Positions 52,331 to 61,090 of a stretch of DNA of 64,000 nt are shown in pieces. The DNA is from an uncultured virus (IMG/VR IMGVR_UViG_3300009873_000028) (Duplodnaviria; Heunggongvirae; Uroviricota; Caudoviricetes), in the IMG/VR virus record IMGVR_UViG_3300009873_000028. The stretch is one strand, 5' to 3'. Position numbers and translations under genes: made by a program. How positions within the stretch are numbered: position 1 is the first letter of the stretch; each line of letters begins with the position of its first letter. The notes beneath the pieces were generated by a model that saw only the letters and a list, made by a program, of their open reading frames with translations, was not told the origin of the DNA and searched no databases.

Positions 52331-55147
52331 CTAGACTCCTTCCCCGCGATAGAGGGTCTTGTACAGCTCCACCCCGAAGCCGAAGAGTTCTTCGCACTTC
52401 GCAGCGCGCTCTGGGTCGTTCCGCTCTCCTGCCTGGCTGAAGAAGTCTGCCATGAGGCCGTAGCGGATAACCCACCACAACACATATGGTAGCGGAAACG
52501 CTCCCCAAGGTCCAGTGGCTGGGGGAGTTGGGCAGGTGCATGGGGCAGGAACGCTCGGAGCAGAAGGCACATAAGTGTAGAGCACCTTCACTGTAGGCAC
52601 CGTGCCAAAGGTCCCCGGAATGGTGATGCTTAGAGCGTCATTCTGGAAGTAGGTGTTGAGTGCCCCGGAGTCATAGTCCCGCTGGAGTGGGTCTGAAGCG
52701 TAGTAAGCTACCCCGTCCACTTCCACCCTGAGCAGTTCGATAAGGTCAGTTGGCAGGGCGAAGTCTTCTGTGTCAGTGTCTGCGGCGTTGAGGGTTGCTT
52801 CCTTACGCAGCGCAGCGGTTTCGATGACAAACCTCGTGATTCGCTTGTGGGCTAGCTCCACAGCCTTGGCCATCCCACCGAAGGCGTCGAAACCTTCGCA
52901 CACGTTCTGGAGATGTGTGGGCTCCATCATCATGTGCTTGGCTTCTTCGAAGAAGTAGCCCCAGGTTTCGTCAGGGAGGATGGGGCAAATCTCAGAAGGT
53001 AGCGTGACGTTGTCGCTAGTGAGCACTTCGTCGAAGAACTCCCCAGCTCCAGCGTTGTAGAGGCCGCTTATCTGATCTTGCCCCATCTCTATGCCGTATC
53101 TTCCAAGTTCATCAACGTACATGATGCTTCCGGCATCTGGTCCCACTGCTACCCCTGTAGCGGTGCTAGCAGCAGTAGAATCATCAACCTCTACTTCCAA
53201 CACCCCGTTCAGGTACATCCGATATCTGCTAGTTCCATCAAAAGTCATGACTAGGTGATACCAGGTGCCAGTAGTAAGGGCTGTGGTTCCTGCTGCGATG
53301 GAGGCGCCTGGGGTGATTATTTGAAGAACTGCGGCATTCTTTGAGAACGCCGGAACAGTAGTTCCTCCACTGTAGTACCCACGAACGAGGGTAGCGGTGT
53401 TCGCAACGGAGTCAAACTTGTACCAGCCAGACCAGGAGTAGGCACCTGTCCATGTGACTCCGGTGGTAGTAGTCATCGACACACCACTACCTAGTTGGGT
53501 GCCGTAATCGTTCTTTCCAGTGGTCTGGGTGACAGAGGCAGTTGGAGTGATATCTACCGTAGAGATAAAGTCTTCACGATCTCCTGTACCAGTGGTTTCC
53601 TCCATCTTCCAGTAGTTGGTAAGCTCATGCCTTAGGTCGTAGTCGTCACTAAAGCCGGTTTGAGTAACAGTGAGAGTAGCGCTGCCGGCGTTGGTATAGT
53701 AGGTATGGGTTGGGTTCTTTTCTGAGCTGACCTCAGTGTCCCCAAAGTTCCACGCCCAGGAGTTAGCATCCCCTTCGCTTTCATCAGTGAAGCGAACGGT
53801 GAAAGGGATGTAGCCTTGGAGTGGGGCGGCGGTGAAACTTGCGGTGATGGTGGCGAAGTTGACGGTAAGCTGGGTGTAGGTTGTGGTGCCAGTGGTTACG
53901 AACTCTGTGGTGCTGGCGGTGCCGATAGCATTCCCTACCGTGAGGCTTGGGGAGAAAGTTCCCACTGTGGTGTAAATGTGTGTAGGGCTCTGCGCGATGC
54001 TTCCGGTGCCGTCGCCAAAGTCCCACTCCCAAGAGGTGGGGAGGGCGTTGGTGGCAGCTCCAGTGAACTCAACTGTGAGAGGACGAGTACCTGTGGTGGT
54101 GCTTACCGAGAAGCTAGGCACCGGCTTACCGTTTACCACTGTGATGTAGCTCGTCTTGGTCTCAGTGTCAGTGGTGGGAGTGGTGTTCTCCACTTCCAGG
54201 GTGACGGTGTAGGTTCCTACTGTGGTGTACACATGGGTTGGATTCTGTGCTGTGCTGGTAGAGCTGTCCCCGAAGTTCCAACTCCAGCTGGCTGGCGCAG
54301 GATCCCCAGTGCTCTGGTCCAGGAAGTCCACGCTGAGGTTGGCCACACCAGTAGTAGTAGAGGCCACGAACTCCGCAGCGACGGCTGTCGCTGCAGGGTC
54401 CACCGTGATCAGGCTGCTCTTAGTCTCTGTGTCTGTGCCGCCTGCGTTGGTAGCAACCAGGGTCACCGTGTAGGTGGAGGTAGCAGTGGTACTGTAGACC
54501 TTGACTGGATTTTGTACCGTGCTGGTGCTGCTGTCGCCAAAGTCCCAGGCCCAGCTGCTTGGCGAGTTAGTGCTCTGGTCAGTGAAGTTTACGCTGAGCG
54601 GGCTGGTGCCGGTGGTGGTGCTCACCGTGAACTCCGCGGTTGGCGGGGTCACGGGGGTGTATGTTACCACCATGTAGCAAGTGAAGACGTTGGTCTGCTT
54701 TGCCCCGCTTATGGCGTTCCGGTTGTGGCTGAAGCCCCAGCGAAGGGTGGTGTTGTAGAAGTCCGTGTAGACCCAGCTTCCCCCTCCTGGACGGATAGAG
54801 GTGATGTCTACTGAGCCGACCCCTTGGGTGAGGGTTCCAGTGCTAGTAGTGGTACCGTTGAGGTCCACCACAATGCTTCCTGTTCCCCAGTCATTTCCCG
54901 CGGTTGAGGGGAAGTACATGCTGAAGACTAAGCTAACCCCAGTGATAGTGGCTCCTGTGAAGTCACTTGGGGGAGTGCCATTGTTCGCCAGTTTGAAGGT
55001 GCAGGGTACCCCAACGTTAGCGGGGTAGTTGTAGTAGAGCGTGCCTGCGTCTGCATCGCTCATGGCCAGAATGGGGTCTCCAGTGCCGTAGAGGCTCCAC
55101 CCGTCGTTGGAGTAGACTGTGGTTCCGTAGATGGTAGCCGTAGCCAC
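52331..55147 (-). CDS. Virion appendage protein: four PKD domains, LamG-like domain, adaptor-like C-terminus
   Basis: Four W.W(D/N)FGD repeats; YWKMEE..WYHLVMTFDG..MYLNG..VDEL. Confidence 0.8.
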   Translation of the reverse strand: MATATIYGTTVYSNDGWSLYGTGDPILAMSDADAGTLYYNYPANVGVPCTFKLANNGTPPSDFTGATITGVSLVFSMYFPSTAGNDWGTGSIVVDLNGTTTSTGTLTQGVGSVDITSIRPGGGSWVYTDFYNTTLRWGFSHNRNAISGAKQTNVFTCYMVVTYTPVTPPTAEFTVSTTTGTSPLSVNFTDQSTNSPSSWAWDFGDSSTSTVQNPVKVYSTTATSTYTVTLVATNAGGTDTETKSSLITVDPAATAVAAEFVASTTTGVANLSVDFLDQSTGDPAPASWSWNFGDSSTSTAQNPTHVYTTVGTYTVTLEVENTTPTTDTETKTSYITVVNGKPVPSFSVSTTTGTRPLTVEFTGAATNALPTSWEWDFGDGTGSIAQSPTHIYTTVGTFSPSLTVGNAIGTASTTEFVTTGTTTYTQLTVNFATITASFTAAPLQGYIPFTVRFTDESEGDANSWAWNFGDTEVSSEKNPTHTYYTNAGSATLTVTQTGFSDDYDLRHELTNYWKMEETTGTGDREDFISTVDITPTASVTQTTGKNDYGTQLGSGVSMTTTTGVTWTGAYSWSGWYKFDSVANTATLVRGYYSGGTTVPAFSKNAAVLQIITPGASIAAGTTALTTGTWYHLVMTFDGTSRYRMYLNGVLEVEVDDSTAASTATGVAVGPDAGSIMYVDELGRYGIEMGQDQISGLYNAGAGEFFDEVLTSDNVTLPSEICPILPDETWGYFFEEAKHMMMEPTHLQNVCEGFDAFGGMAKAVELAHKRITRFVIETAALRKEATLNAADTDTEDFALPTDLIELLRVEVDGVAYYASDPLQRDYDSGALNTYFQNDALSITIPGTFGTVPTVKVLYTYVPSAPSVPAPCTCPTPPATGPWGAFPLPYVLWWVIRYGLMADFFSQAGERNDPERAAKCEELFGFGVELYKTLYRGEGV

Positions 55148-55911
55148 TAGCGTGCTCCCTTAACGTTAGCTGCTTCCCGGGTGGGTTGGTTCTCTCCCCT
55201 GTCCTGTCCCATGAAGCGCTTGTAGAGCAGGCTGCCCTTCAGCTTGGTGTTGCGAAGGTTGGCGGCGGTGAGGAAGAGTTGCTTGAGGGGCTCAGAGCTG
55301 GTGAAAGCTTCCTCCGTCCCGCTCTTCACGTTAAGCTGCCACACAGCGTAGTCGAGCACTCGGTTCAGCTCCTCGTTGCCCAGCTGAACGTAGTCAGCTT
55401 CAGCCGTGAGGGGTTGGTCACCACGAAAGTAGTCTAGGCGCACGTAGGAGTTTGGCCTAGGCGAGAAGATGATCTTGTTGAGGCCACAAGGTGCCCAGGA
55501 GTCGGCAGCGGCGGCTGTGCCGGTGCGCCAGCCGGGGGAGCCGTAGTCCAGCTCCGGGAGGGTCACCTGCACCAGCTTAGAGAAGGTGTAGAGTGAGCCG
55601 GTGGTGTGGGTTTGCACATCTGTGCCGACTCGCCACACGCTCAGCGGTAGGGGAGCTGTCGCTGTAGAGTGTGCTACCACCATGTCGCTGGTGCCGGTGG
55701 CTGGGTAGTATAGGTCCTCTACCTCTCCTCCCAGTGAGCCTGTGGCGAGCTGGGCTTGGGTAGAGAACTCCCCCACGAGCACCTGCCAAACGCTCAACGC
55801 TTCGTTGAGCGCTAGGCCTAGCTCAAAGTCATTCCAGAAGTTGCCTTGACCGCCAACCCGTTTGTTTAGAAGTGCTTTTAGGGTAGCGAAGCTAGTCTGT
55901 GCGTAAGCCAC
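55147..55911 (-). CDS. Head-tail adaptor-like protein
   Basis: FW.D.EL..ALNEA N-terminal pattern; position. Confidence 0.55.
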   Translation of the reverse strand: MAYAQTSFATLKALLNKRVGGQGNFWNDFELGLALNEALSVWQVLVGEFSTQAQLATGSLGGEVEDLYYPATGTSDMVVAHSTATAPLPLSVWRVGTDVQTHTTGSLYTFSKLVQVTLPELDYGSPGWRTGTAAAADSWAPCGLNKIIFSPRPNSYVRLDYFRGDQPLTAEADYVQLGNEELNRVLDYAVWQLNVKSGTEEAFTSSEPLKQLFLTAANLRNTKLKGSLLYKRFMGQDRGENQPTREAANVKGAR

Positions 55912-55923
55912 GCGAACCCTCTC

Positions 55924-56175
55924 TTACCAAAGCGCTAGAGTTCCAGCGGGGCAGGAATGAACCTTGGAAACCCGGATGGGAAGGAAGCTTCCAGCCACCA
56001 CGGTAAAGGTGACGCTAGCGGAGGTGCCGGCTAGGGTGGCCACCAGGTTTCCGTCGGTAGCGATGTAGATAGCGCGGCTCCAGGGGGTGAGGGTGGTTGT
56101 GCTGTCGGTAGTAAGGGTAGTGACCTCGCCGCAAGGGCCGAGAGAGCCAAAACCATCAAGTAGAGGTGCGGCCAT
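55924..56175 (-). CDS. Small beta-rich virion protein
   Basis: RAIYI..DGNL..F..VAG.FLPIRV. Confidence 0.65.
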   Translation of the reverse strand: MAAPLLDGFGSLGPCGEVTTLTTDSTTTLTPWSRAIYIATDGNLVATLAGTSASVTFTVVAGSFLPIRVSKVHSCPAGTLALW

Positions 56176-56471
56176 TAGAAGTTGCCTCCAACCTTAAAGA
56201 GATTCCCGCCACCTAGCTTGTTGGGCTTAGGCATCCTGAGGTTAGTGTCCAGCTTGCCTACCTCGAATTCCCCGATCTTGGGAACCTTTGGGGCTTCAGG
56301 CTTTCCCATTCCAGGGGAGAAGTCCGGGGCCTTCGAAGCGGTCTGCCTCTTAGCTTGCCGGTCCTTCCATCCTCGGAAGGCGCTGATACCGCGGCCTAGG
56401 TTGCTGCTCTTAGCCTTTTCCTTGGCCTTGTCCTTTAGGAAGCCCCCTACCTTTGACATGAATCCAGGCAT
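56175..56471 (-). CDS. Basic low-complexity protein
   Basis: AAGGAG RBS. Confidence 0.65.
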   Translation of the reverse strand: MPGFMSKVGGFLKDKAKEKAKSSNLGRGISAFRGWKDRQAKRQTASKAPDFSPGMGKPEAPKVPKIGEFEVGKLDTNLRMPKPNKLGGGNLFKVGGNF

Positions 56472-56480
56472 GGGACTCCT

Positions 56481-56669
56481 TTACTTAATGCTGTCCTTGC
56501 CAAACTCTACGTCTGCTGAGCCCAGCTGGACGATCATCTTCTTGTTATCCCCGATGTTGAACTCGGGTGCAGCGAACTTGGCAGGCCCCTCGAACTCGAG
56601 GTCCGGGCTGCCGCTAGCAGGCTTCACAATCGCGTCCTTGAACGGGGACTTGGTTACTCCACTTGACAT
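56481..56669 (-). CDS. Small hypothetical protein
   Basis: AAGGAG RBS. Confidence 0.65.
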   Translation of the reverse strand: MSSGVTKSPFKDAIVKPASGSPDLEFEGPAKFAAPEFNIGDNKKMIVQLGSADVEFGKDSIK

Positions 56670-56682
56670 GGGTTAGTTCTCC

Positions 56683-57615
56683 TTAGTTAACCTTCGCTAG
56701 GGCATGGGCCTGGATAAAGGCTGCATCCCGAGGCGGATAGCTGTCCTGGTCGTCGTACACGATCATGTTCTGGGCGATGTCTAGGTCGGCCATCTCAGAG
56801 TCGTGTACTGCGTCCTCGAACATCTTAACATACTTGGAGTGCAGCTCCAAGTTGAAGTATGGGTTGGGTTGCCCGGCTACGCTGGGCAGCAGGCAGAGGT
56901 CCACCAAAGCTCCGTAGATGATGGCCTCTGGCTTGATCATGGTGATGGGGTAGGACGAGTTAGAGGTAAGCTCAGAGTCCTTCACATACCTTCCCACTAG
57001 GTGTGTTCCTGGTGTGATCTTGGGCCAGAACTCATACCGGGGATAAGATACTCCGCTAGCCACCCTAGGCGGAGCTGCCACGTATAGCACCGGGTTTCCC
57101 GTGTGGCTCCGCTCTGCATCAATCAGGTCGATGTAGTTCTGCTGATGGAACTGACGCCGCAGCCGCCAGTTCTGCGCGATGTCCCGGATGTCGTCCAGGG
57201 CGGTGCAGTCAGCCGGCATCTCCACATAGTACTCTGCGATGGTGTAGGTGGAGCTGGTATCGGTGGCTCCCTGGTAGGCCCGGTCCAGGGTTCCGCTGGT
57301 TGCTCCTACGTAGGTAAAGGTGTAGTACGGCTGACCTCCCCCATCATCTATAACAATCTGCCGACCAGTCATAGCAGATGTCCAGGTGGTGCCACTACCT
57401 GTTACCGTGGTGCTACCATTCGTTACCGCTACGGTTCCAGTGCTGTAAGCACTGGGGGTGACCTTCTCCCAGTCCTGATACAGCTCATGCCAGTAGTGCA
57501 TGTCTAGTACCCGGCGGTAGGAGTTTCGGATGAAGGTTTGGGCGAGAGTTGGAGGGAGCCCCGGGACATAGAGCAGGAGCCGCTGCCACAACTGACCAAA
57601 GGTGTCTTGCGCCAC
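56683..57615 (-). CDS. Head-tail adaptor-like protein with Thr-rich insertion
   Basis: GGAGG RBS; YSTGTVAVTNGSTTVTGSGTTW insert; position after capsid genes. Confidence 0.6.
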   Translation of the reverse strand: MAQDTFGQLWQRLLLYVPGLPPTLAQTFIRNSYRRVLDMHYWHELYQDWEKVTPSAYSTGTVAVTNGSTTVTGSGTTWTSAMTGRQIVIDDGGGQPYYTFTYVGATSGTLDRAYQGATDTSSTYTIAEYYVEMPADCTALDDIRDIAQNWRLRRQFHQQNYIDLIDAERSHTGNPVLYVAAPPRVASGVSYPRYEFWPKITPGTHLVGRYVKDSELTSNSSYPITMIKPEAIIYGALVDLCLLPSVAGQPNPYFNLELHSKYVKMFEDAVHDSEMADLDIAQNMIVYDDQDSYPPRDAAFIQAHALAKVN

Positions 57616-57625
57616 TTAGCCTCCA

Positions 57626-57660
57626 AGAAAGAAAGGGGGAGGAACGCTCCTCCCCCCTTT
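57626..57660 (-). terminator. Intrinsic terminator
   Basis: G-rich/C-rich GGGGGAGGA..TCCTCCCCC stem followed by TTTCTTTCTT on the minus strand. Confidence 0.75.
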
Positions 57661-57676
57661 GCTTACGCTTTAGCTT

Positions 57677-57973
57677 TTACCAGCCGTAGAAGTAGAAGGC
57701 CACGTTTGCAGCAGTTTGCACGGTCACCGTAGCCACTCCGGATGCGAACTGGTACCGAGGTCCAGTTCCATGGTCGGTGGTGGTTACCGTCTCCCCTGCG
57801 ATCTTCTGCGCACCCACGGAGCCCGTAGGCACGATTGCCTCTACTGTAGTGAGACCTACCATTGCGGGCGTGATCGTGTCCGCGTCGGTTGTGGCCAGAG
57901 TCAGCCCGACGAGGTGCCGCTTACGGTCCCCCGCCCACTGCTGATCCACTGCGAGAATAGTTGCAGCAGCCAT
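57677..57973 (-). CDS. Small structural protein
   Basis: Downstream of the capsid cement-like gene. Confidence 0.65.
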   Translation of the reverse strand: MAAATILAVDQQWAGDRKRHLVGLTLATTDADTITPAMVGLTTVEAIVPTGSVGAQKIAGETVTTTDHGTGPRYQFASGVATVTVQTAANVAFYFYGW

Positions 57974-57982
57974 TAGTCCCCC

Positions 57983-58549
57983 TTACCAGCCGTTCCGGAA
58001 CACGGTGAGCTGAGCCGCGATGGTAGAGTCAGTAGATGTGCCTACTGCTTCCAGCGCGATAGCGTACACCGGAGCGGGAACTGCTACGCTGACAGCTTCC
58101 GACGTGATCGTGATAGCAGCGAGGGTCTTGAACTGGTCGTTGTCGGCCAGCTGAAGCCGCTCGCCTACTGCCACGGTGTCGGTTACTGCCACTTCCACTG
58201 GTCCAGCCACAGCGATGAAGCCGTACTGGCCTGCAGAAGGCTTAGCTCCGAGAGCCACACCAGCCACTACCGGGTTGGTTGTGCCACCCAGTGCGTCCGT
58301 GCTCTCGCCGCTAACGATGAAGTCGTCCAGGTCTACCCAGTAGACAGGATGACCCTCAACTAGGGTCTCGCTGTCAGTGGTGTAGCGCTGAACGTACTGG
58401 TAGAACTGCGGGATCTTCTGTCCCTGGTCCCGGCGGATGCTCTGCACCTTGCCGAGTTGCCCAGGGTTGAAAGGGGACGCTTCATCTACGTTAGCTAGAT
58501 TAGCCGCTCCGCCCTGGACCCAGAGCCCATCTCTTTGAAAAGTCGCCAT
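57983..58549 (-). CDS. Capsid decoration/cement-like protein
   Basis: YQYVQ..GQYGFI.V.G pattern; immediately follows the MCP. Confidence 0.6.
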   Translation of the reverse strand: MATFQRDGLWVQGGAANLANVDEASPFNPGQLGKVQSIRRDQGQKIPQFYQYVQRYTTDSETLVEGHPVYWVDLDDFIVSGESTDALGGTTNPVVAGVALGAKPSAGQYGFIAVAGPVEVAVTDTVAVGERLQLADNDQFKTLAAITITSEAVSVAVPAPVYAIALEAVGTSTDSTIAAQLTVFRNGW

Positions 58550-58563
58550 GCTTTTCTCCTTTA

Positions 58564-58602
58564 AGAGAAGAAGAGGGGGTGGGTCATTCCACCCCCCATC
58601 TT
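58564..58602 (-). terminator. Hairpin/terminator after the capsid gene
   Basis: GGGGGTGG/CCACCCCC stem with pyrimidine tail. Confidence 0.55.
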
Positions 58603-58608
58603 CATGTT

Positions 58609-59691
58609 TTAGGCGATGCCCCAGAGCACGCGGTTGTAGCGCGGAGCCTGGACGGTCATGTTGCCTGCGAACTTGTAGTGACCCACTACAAGCGAGTTAT
58701 CCTGCGCTGGCAGGAATCCGGTGAAGCCGAAGCCCCATAGCGGATGGGTCGAGATGTAGAAGCGGATGTACTTCGTGTTGAGGAAGTACAGGGTTTCACC
58801 CGCTGCAAGTTCTGCGGAGCCAGAGGTTCCCCGGCCCAGCTTGCTTGCTTCAGGTGCGCTTACGGTGTCGCTTCCCGGAGCGTACCGATCCTGGAAGATC
58901 GTCGATCCGTTGAACTTGATTCCCTGGAAGCCAAAGTCTGCGGAAGTACCTTCGTACCTCTGCTGGCTGTGGAATGCAAGCTTGATGAAGCTCATCCCCT
59001 TGTTGGTGGTGATGAGAAGGTCAGGGCTCTCGGTACCATACACTACCGAGTTGTACGCCTGCTCGAGTAGGGGGTAGCTAAGCTGACCCGCTACGTTGCC
59101 CGCCACGAAGCCGGTAGCCGCGAGCTTGTGAGCGTTGAGGGCTGCTCCAATGTTCGCGTCGTTCCGGGTGAGGGTGAGGTAGCTTGGGTAGTAGTTTCCG
59201 AAAGGCCCTGCAGTCACGCCCTCGCATAGAGCTTCATCGAGTCCGTTGATGTAGTTAGCGCGGTTGTCGGTGACTCCAGTGCCACTTGCCTGGCCATGAC
59301 GGAAGATGTCGATGGCTAGCTTTGCGCTCATGCTGAGAGCCGCGTTCTGCATCAGAGTGTCGATGTAGTTGAACACAGCCTCAGGACCTGCAAGCGTAAG
59401 CTGCACACGCTCTAGGAGCGCGGGCACGCTAACGTTGTAGTAGCGCGGGGTTACCGTACCTCCGGTGAAGAACTGCGACTCCTGGAAGTCGAAGCTATCC
59501 CCCGGCTGGTAGGCAGTTACCGGCTGCATGTCGTATACGAAGTTCTCCTGCCAAGAAGGCCCACCCTGGTACTTCGCAACGCAGTTGCGCTTGATGTACG
59601 CCATGGTTGGGCCACTCTTGAACACCTGGTCAACCATCCCAGGGACAATAGTCTTCCTGGTGATCGTGTTGACAACGTCAAGAAATGCCAT
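58609..59691 (-). CDS. Major capsid protein
   Basis: 360 aa; DQVF..P, INGL, PDLLITT, GF.GIKFNG, YFLNTKY, GNMTV..PR; follows the scaffold-like gene. Confidence 0.8.
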   Translation of the reverse strand: MAFLDVVNTITRKTIVPGMVDQVFKSGPTMAYIKRNCVAKYQGGPSWQENFVYDMQPVTAYQPGDSFDFQESQFFTGGTVTPRYYNVSVPALLERVQLTLAGPEAVFNYIDTLMQNAALSMSAKLAIDIFRHGQASGTGVTDNRANYINGLDEALCEGVTAGPFGNYYPSYLTLTRNDANIGAALNAHKLAATGFVAGNVAGQLSYPLLEQAYNSVVYGTESPDLLITTNKGMSFIKLAFHSQQRYEGTSADFGFQGIKFNGSTIFQDRYAPGSDTVSAPEASKLGRGTSGSAELAAGETLYFLNTKYIRFYISTHPLWGFGFTGFLPAQDNSLVVGHYKFAGNMTVQAPRYNRVLWGIA

Positions 59692-59727
59692 TTGTTCGTC
59701 TCCTTGCCCGCGTTGCGGGCAAGCCCC

Positions 59728-60528
59728 TTAGCTCAGCTGGTTGATGTCTACTTCTTGTAGGGCCTGAAGCGCGGCGCCCACGCGCCCTGCAGACTCGTTG
59801 CTTGGGCTCACGTTGGTTCCTGCCGCTCCAGCCTTTTTGTTCATCTCATGGATGTAGTCAACCACGGAAGATCCCGAAGGCTGAAGGTGATCGGGGCTGT
59901 TAGTAGTTACCGAGCGCTTGCCCTCTTCAATCCACTTCTGCCTCTCAGCTTCGCGGGCAGCTTCTTCTCTCTTCTGCCGTTGCTCTGCTGTGAGGTAGAG
60001 GTAGGCTTGCCAAGGCTGGGCACCCTTCTGTACCGATAGCTTGATCATCTCACGAGGATCAAAGTTAAACTTGTTCTCTGCTGCGTCCTTGACTGCGGCT
60101 GCTACATCCCCCAGCACTGCGGGGAGTAGCTTGTCGAGGGTTTCCAACTTCTGCTCAGTTGCCTTGATTCTCGCCAGATCCTCTGGAGAAAGGCTGACTG
60201 GACTGCCCTTTGCGGGCGGAGGGTTGCCGCTTCCCTGTTCTTCTAGCTGCTTCCTCAAGGCGTCCCTTTCGGCAAGTAGCTTCTCGTTCTTCGGCTTTTC
60301 CTCTTCGAACCACTCCTGGAGGTCGGCTTCCTTTTGCTGAAGCTCCTGCCGCTCGGAGTTAATCTTATTAAGCTCCGTGTACAGCTTTTCCTCCGCGAGG
60401 TGGCCCCTGAACACGGTGCGAGCGACTGGAAGTGCGATCCAGGCATCAAACGCTGCCTGCTCACTCTCCTCGATCTCACCCCTGAGTTGTTCGGCCCACT
60501 CTTTGAACAGCTTGTCTTCCTTACTCAT
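59728..60528 (-). CDS. Probable scaffold protein
   Basis: Charged coiled coil directly upstream of the MCP. Confidence 0.6.
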   Translation of the reverse strand: MSKEDKLFKEWAEQLRGEIEESEQAAFDAWIALPVARTVFRGHLAEEKLYTELNKINSERQELQQKEADLQEWFEEEKPKNEKLLAERDALRKQLEEQGSGNPPPAKGSPVSLSPEDLARIKATEQKLETLDKLLPAVLGDVAAAVKDAAENKFNFDPREMIKLSVQKGAQPWQAYLYLTAEQRQKREEAAREAERQKWIEEGKRSVTTNSPDHLQPSGSSVVDYIHEMNKKAGAAGTNVSPSNESAGRVGAALQALQEVDINQLS

Positions 60529-60549
60529 TTAACACTCCCGGTGGGTTAC

Positions 60550-60915
60550 CTAGACTGGGAGGCCTGGGTTCGGGCGAAGAGTCTCGCCTTCCTCCGTGCG
60601 CCCCTTGAAGCTGGCTCCACCTGAAATTGCCTTCGCAAGTACTTCCGCAAGCATGAGTCGAATTTCCTCGATCTCGTCTGCTTGTTCCGGTAAGATGCCT
60701 GCAAGAGATTCTAGAACTCCCGACACTTCGTCGTAGATGTCCTTGAGGCCTCCCTCGCCGCCAGAGGGGTTAGCCCCGCCGAGGCCTTCGGCCTCGGGAG
60801 AAGGTACTCCACCTTCAGGTGCTCCGCCCTGGGGCAGCATGCTGGTTAGCCCCTGGGGGGTTCCACCCATCGGCGGACCTCCACGCATATTGTTCATGGC
60901 CAGCGGCGATGCCAT
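60550..60915 (-). CDS. Hypothetical protein (Pro/Gly-rich N-terminus, acidic helices)
   Basis: Between portal and scaffold. Confidence 0.65.
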   Translation of the reverse strand: MASPLAMNNMRGGPPMGGTPQGLTSMLPQGGAPEGGVPSPEAEGLGGANPSGGEGGLKDIYDEVSGVLESLAGILPEQADEIEEIRLMLAEVLAKAISGGASFKGRTEEGETLRPNPGLPV

Positions 60916-60918
60916 ACG

Positions 60919-61032
60919 CTACTTCTTTCCGCCCTTGTTAGCCTGAGCCGGAGCAGGGCTGCTTAGGCCACCCTTCGGCTTGGCTACCGCATCCGCGAAC
61001 GGAGTGCGGAGACTGCCCTTCTTTTCTGCCAT
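60919..61032 (-). CDS. 37 aa basic peptide (not in ORF track)
   Basis: AAGGAG RBS; MAEKKGSLRTPFADAVAKPKGG... Confidence 0.6.
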   Translation of the reverse strand: MAEKKGSLRTPFADAVAKPKGGLSSPAPAQANKGGKK

Positions 61033-61060
61033 CTTGTTTCTCCTTCTAGAAGAGGACACG

Positions 61061-61089
61061 AGCTTAACAGCTCGTGCCTCGGTTGTCAA
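61061..61089 (-). promoter_or_regulatory. Sigma70-type promoter for the capsid genes
   Basis: TTGACA-17 nt-TAAGCT, overlapped by the inverted repeat CACGAGCT..AGCTCGTG. Confidence 0.65.
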
Positions 61090-61090
61090 G

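Noticed and set aside
53816..54814. 332-aa plus-strand ORF and other long antisense ORFs (e.g. 3766-4908)
   Set aside because: Antisense shadows of strongly biased genes
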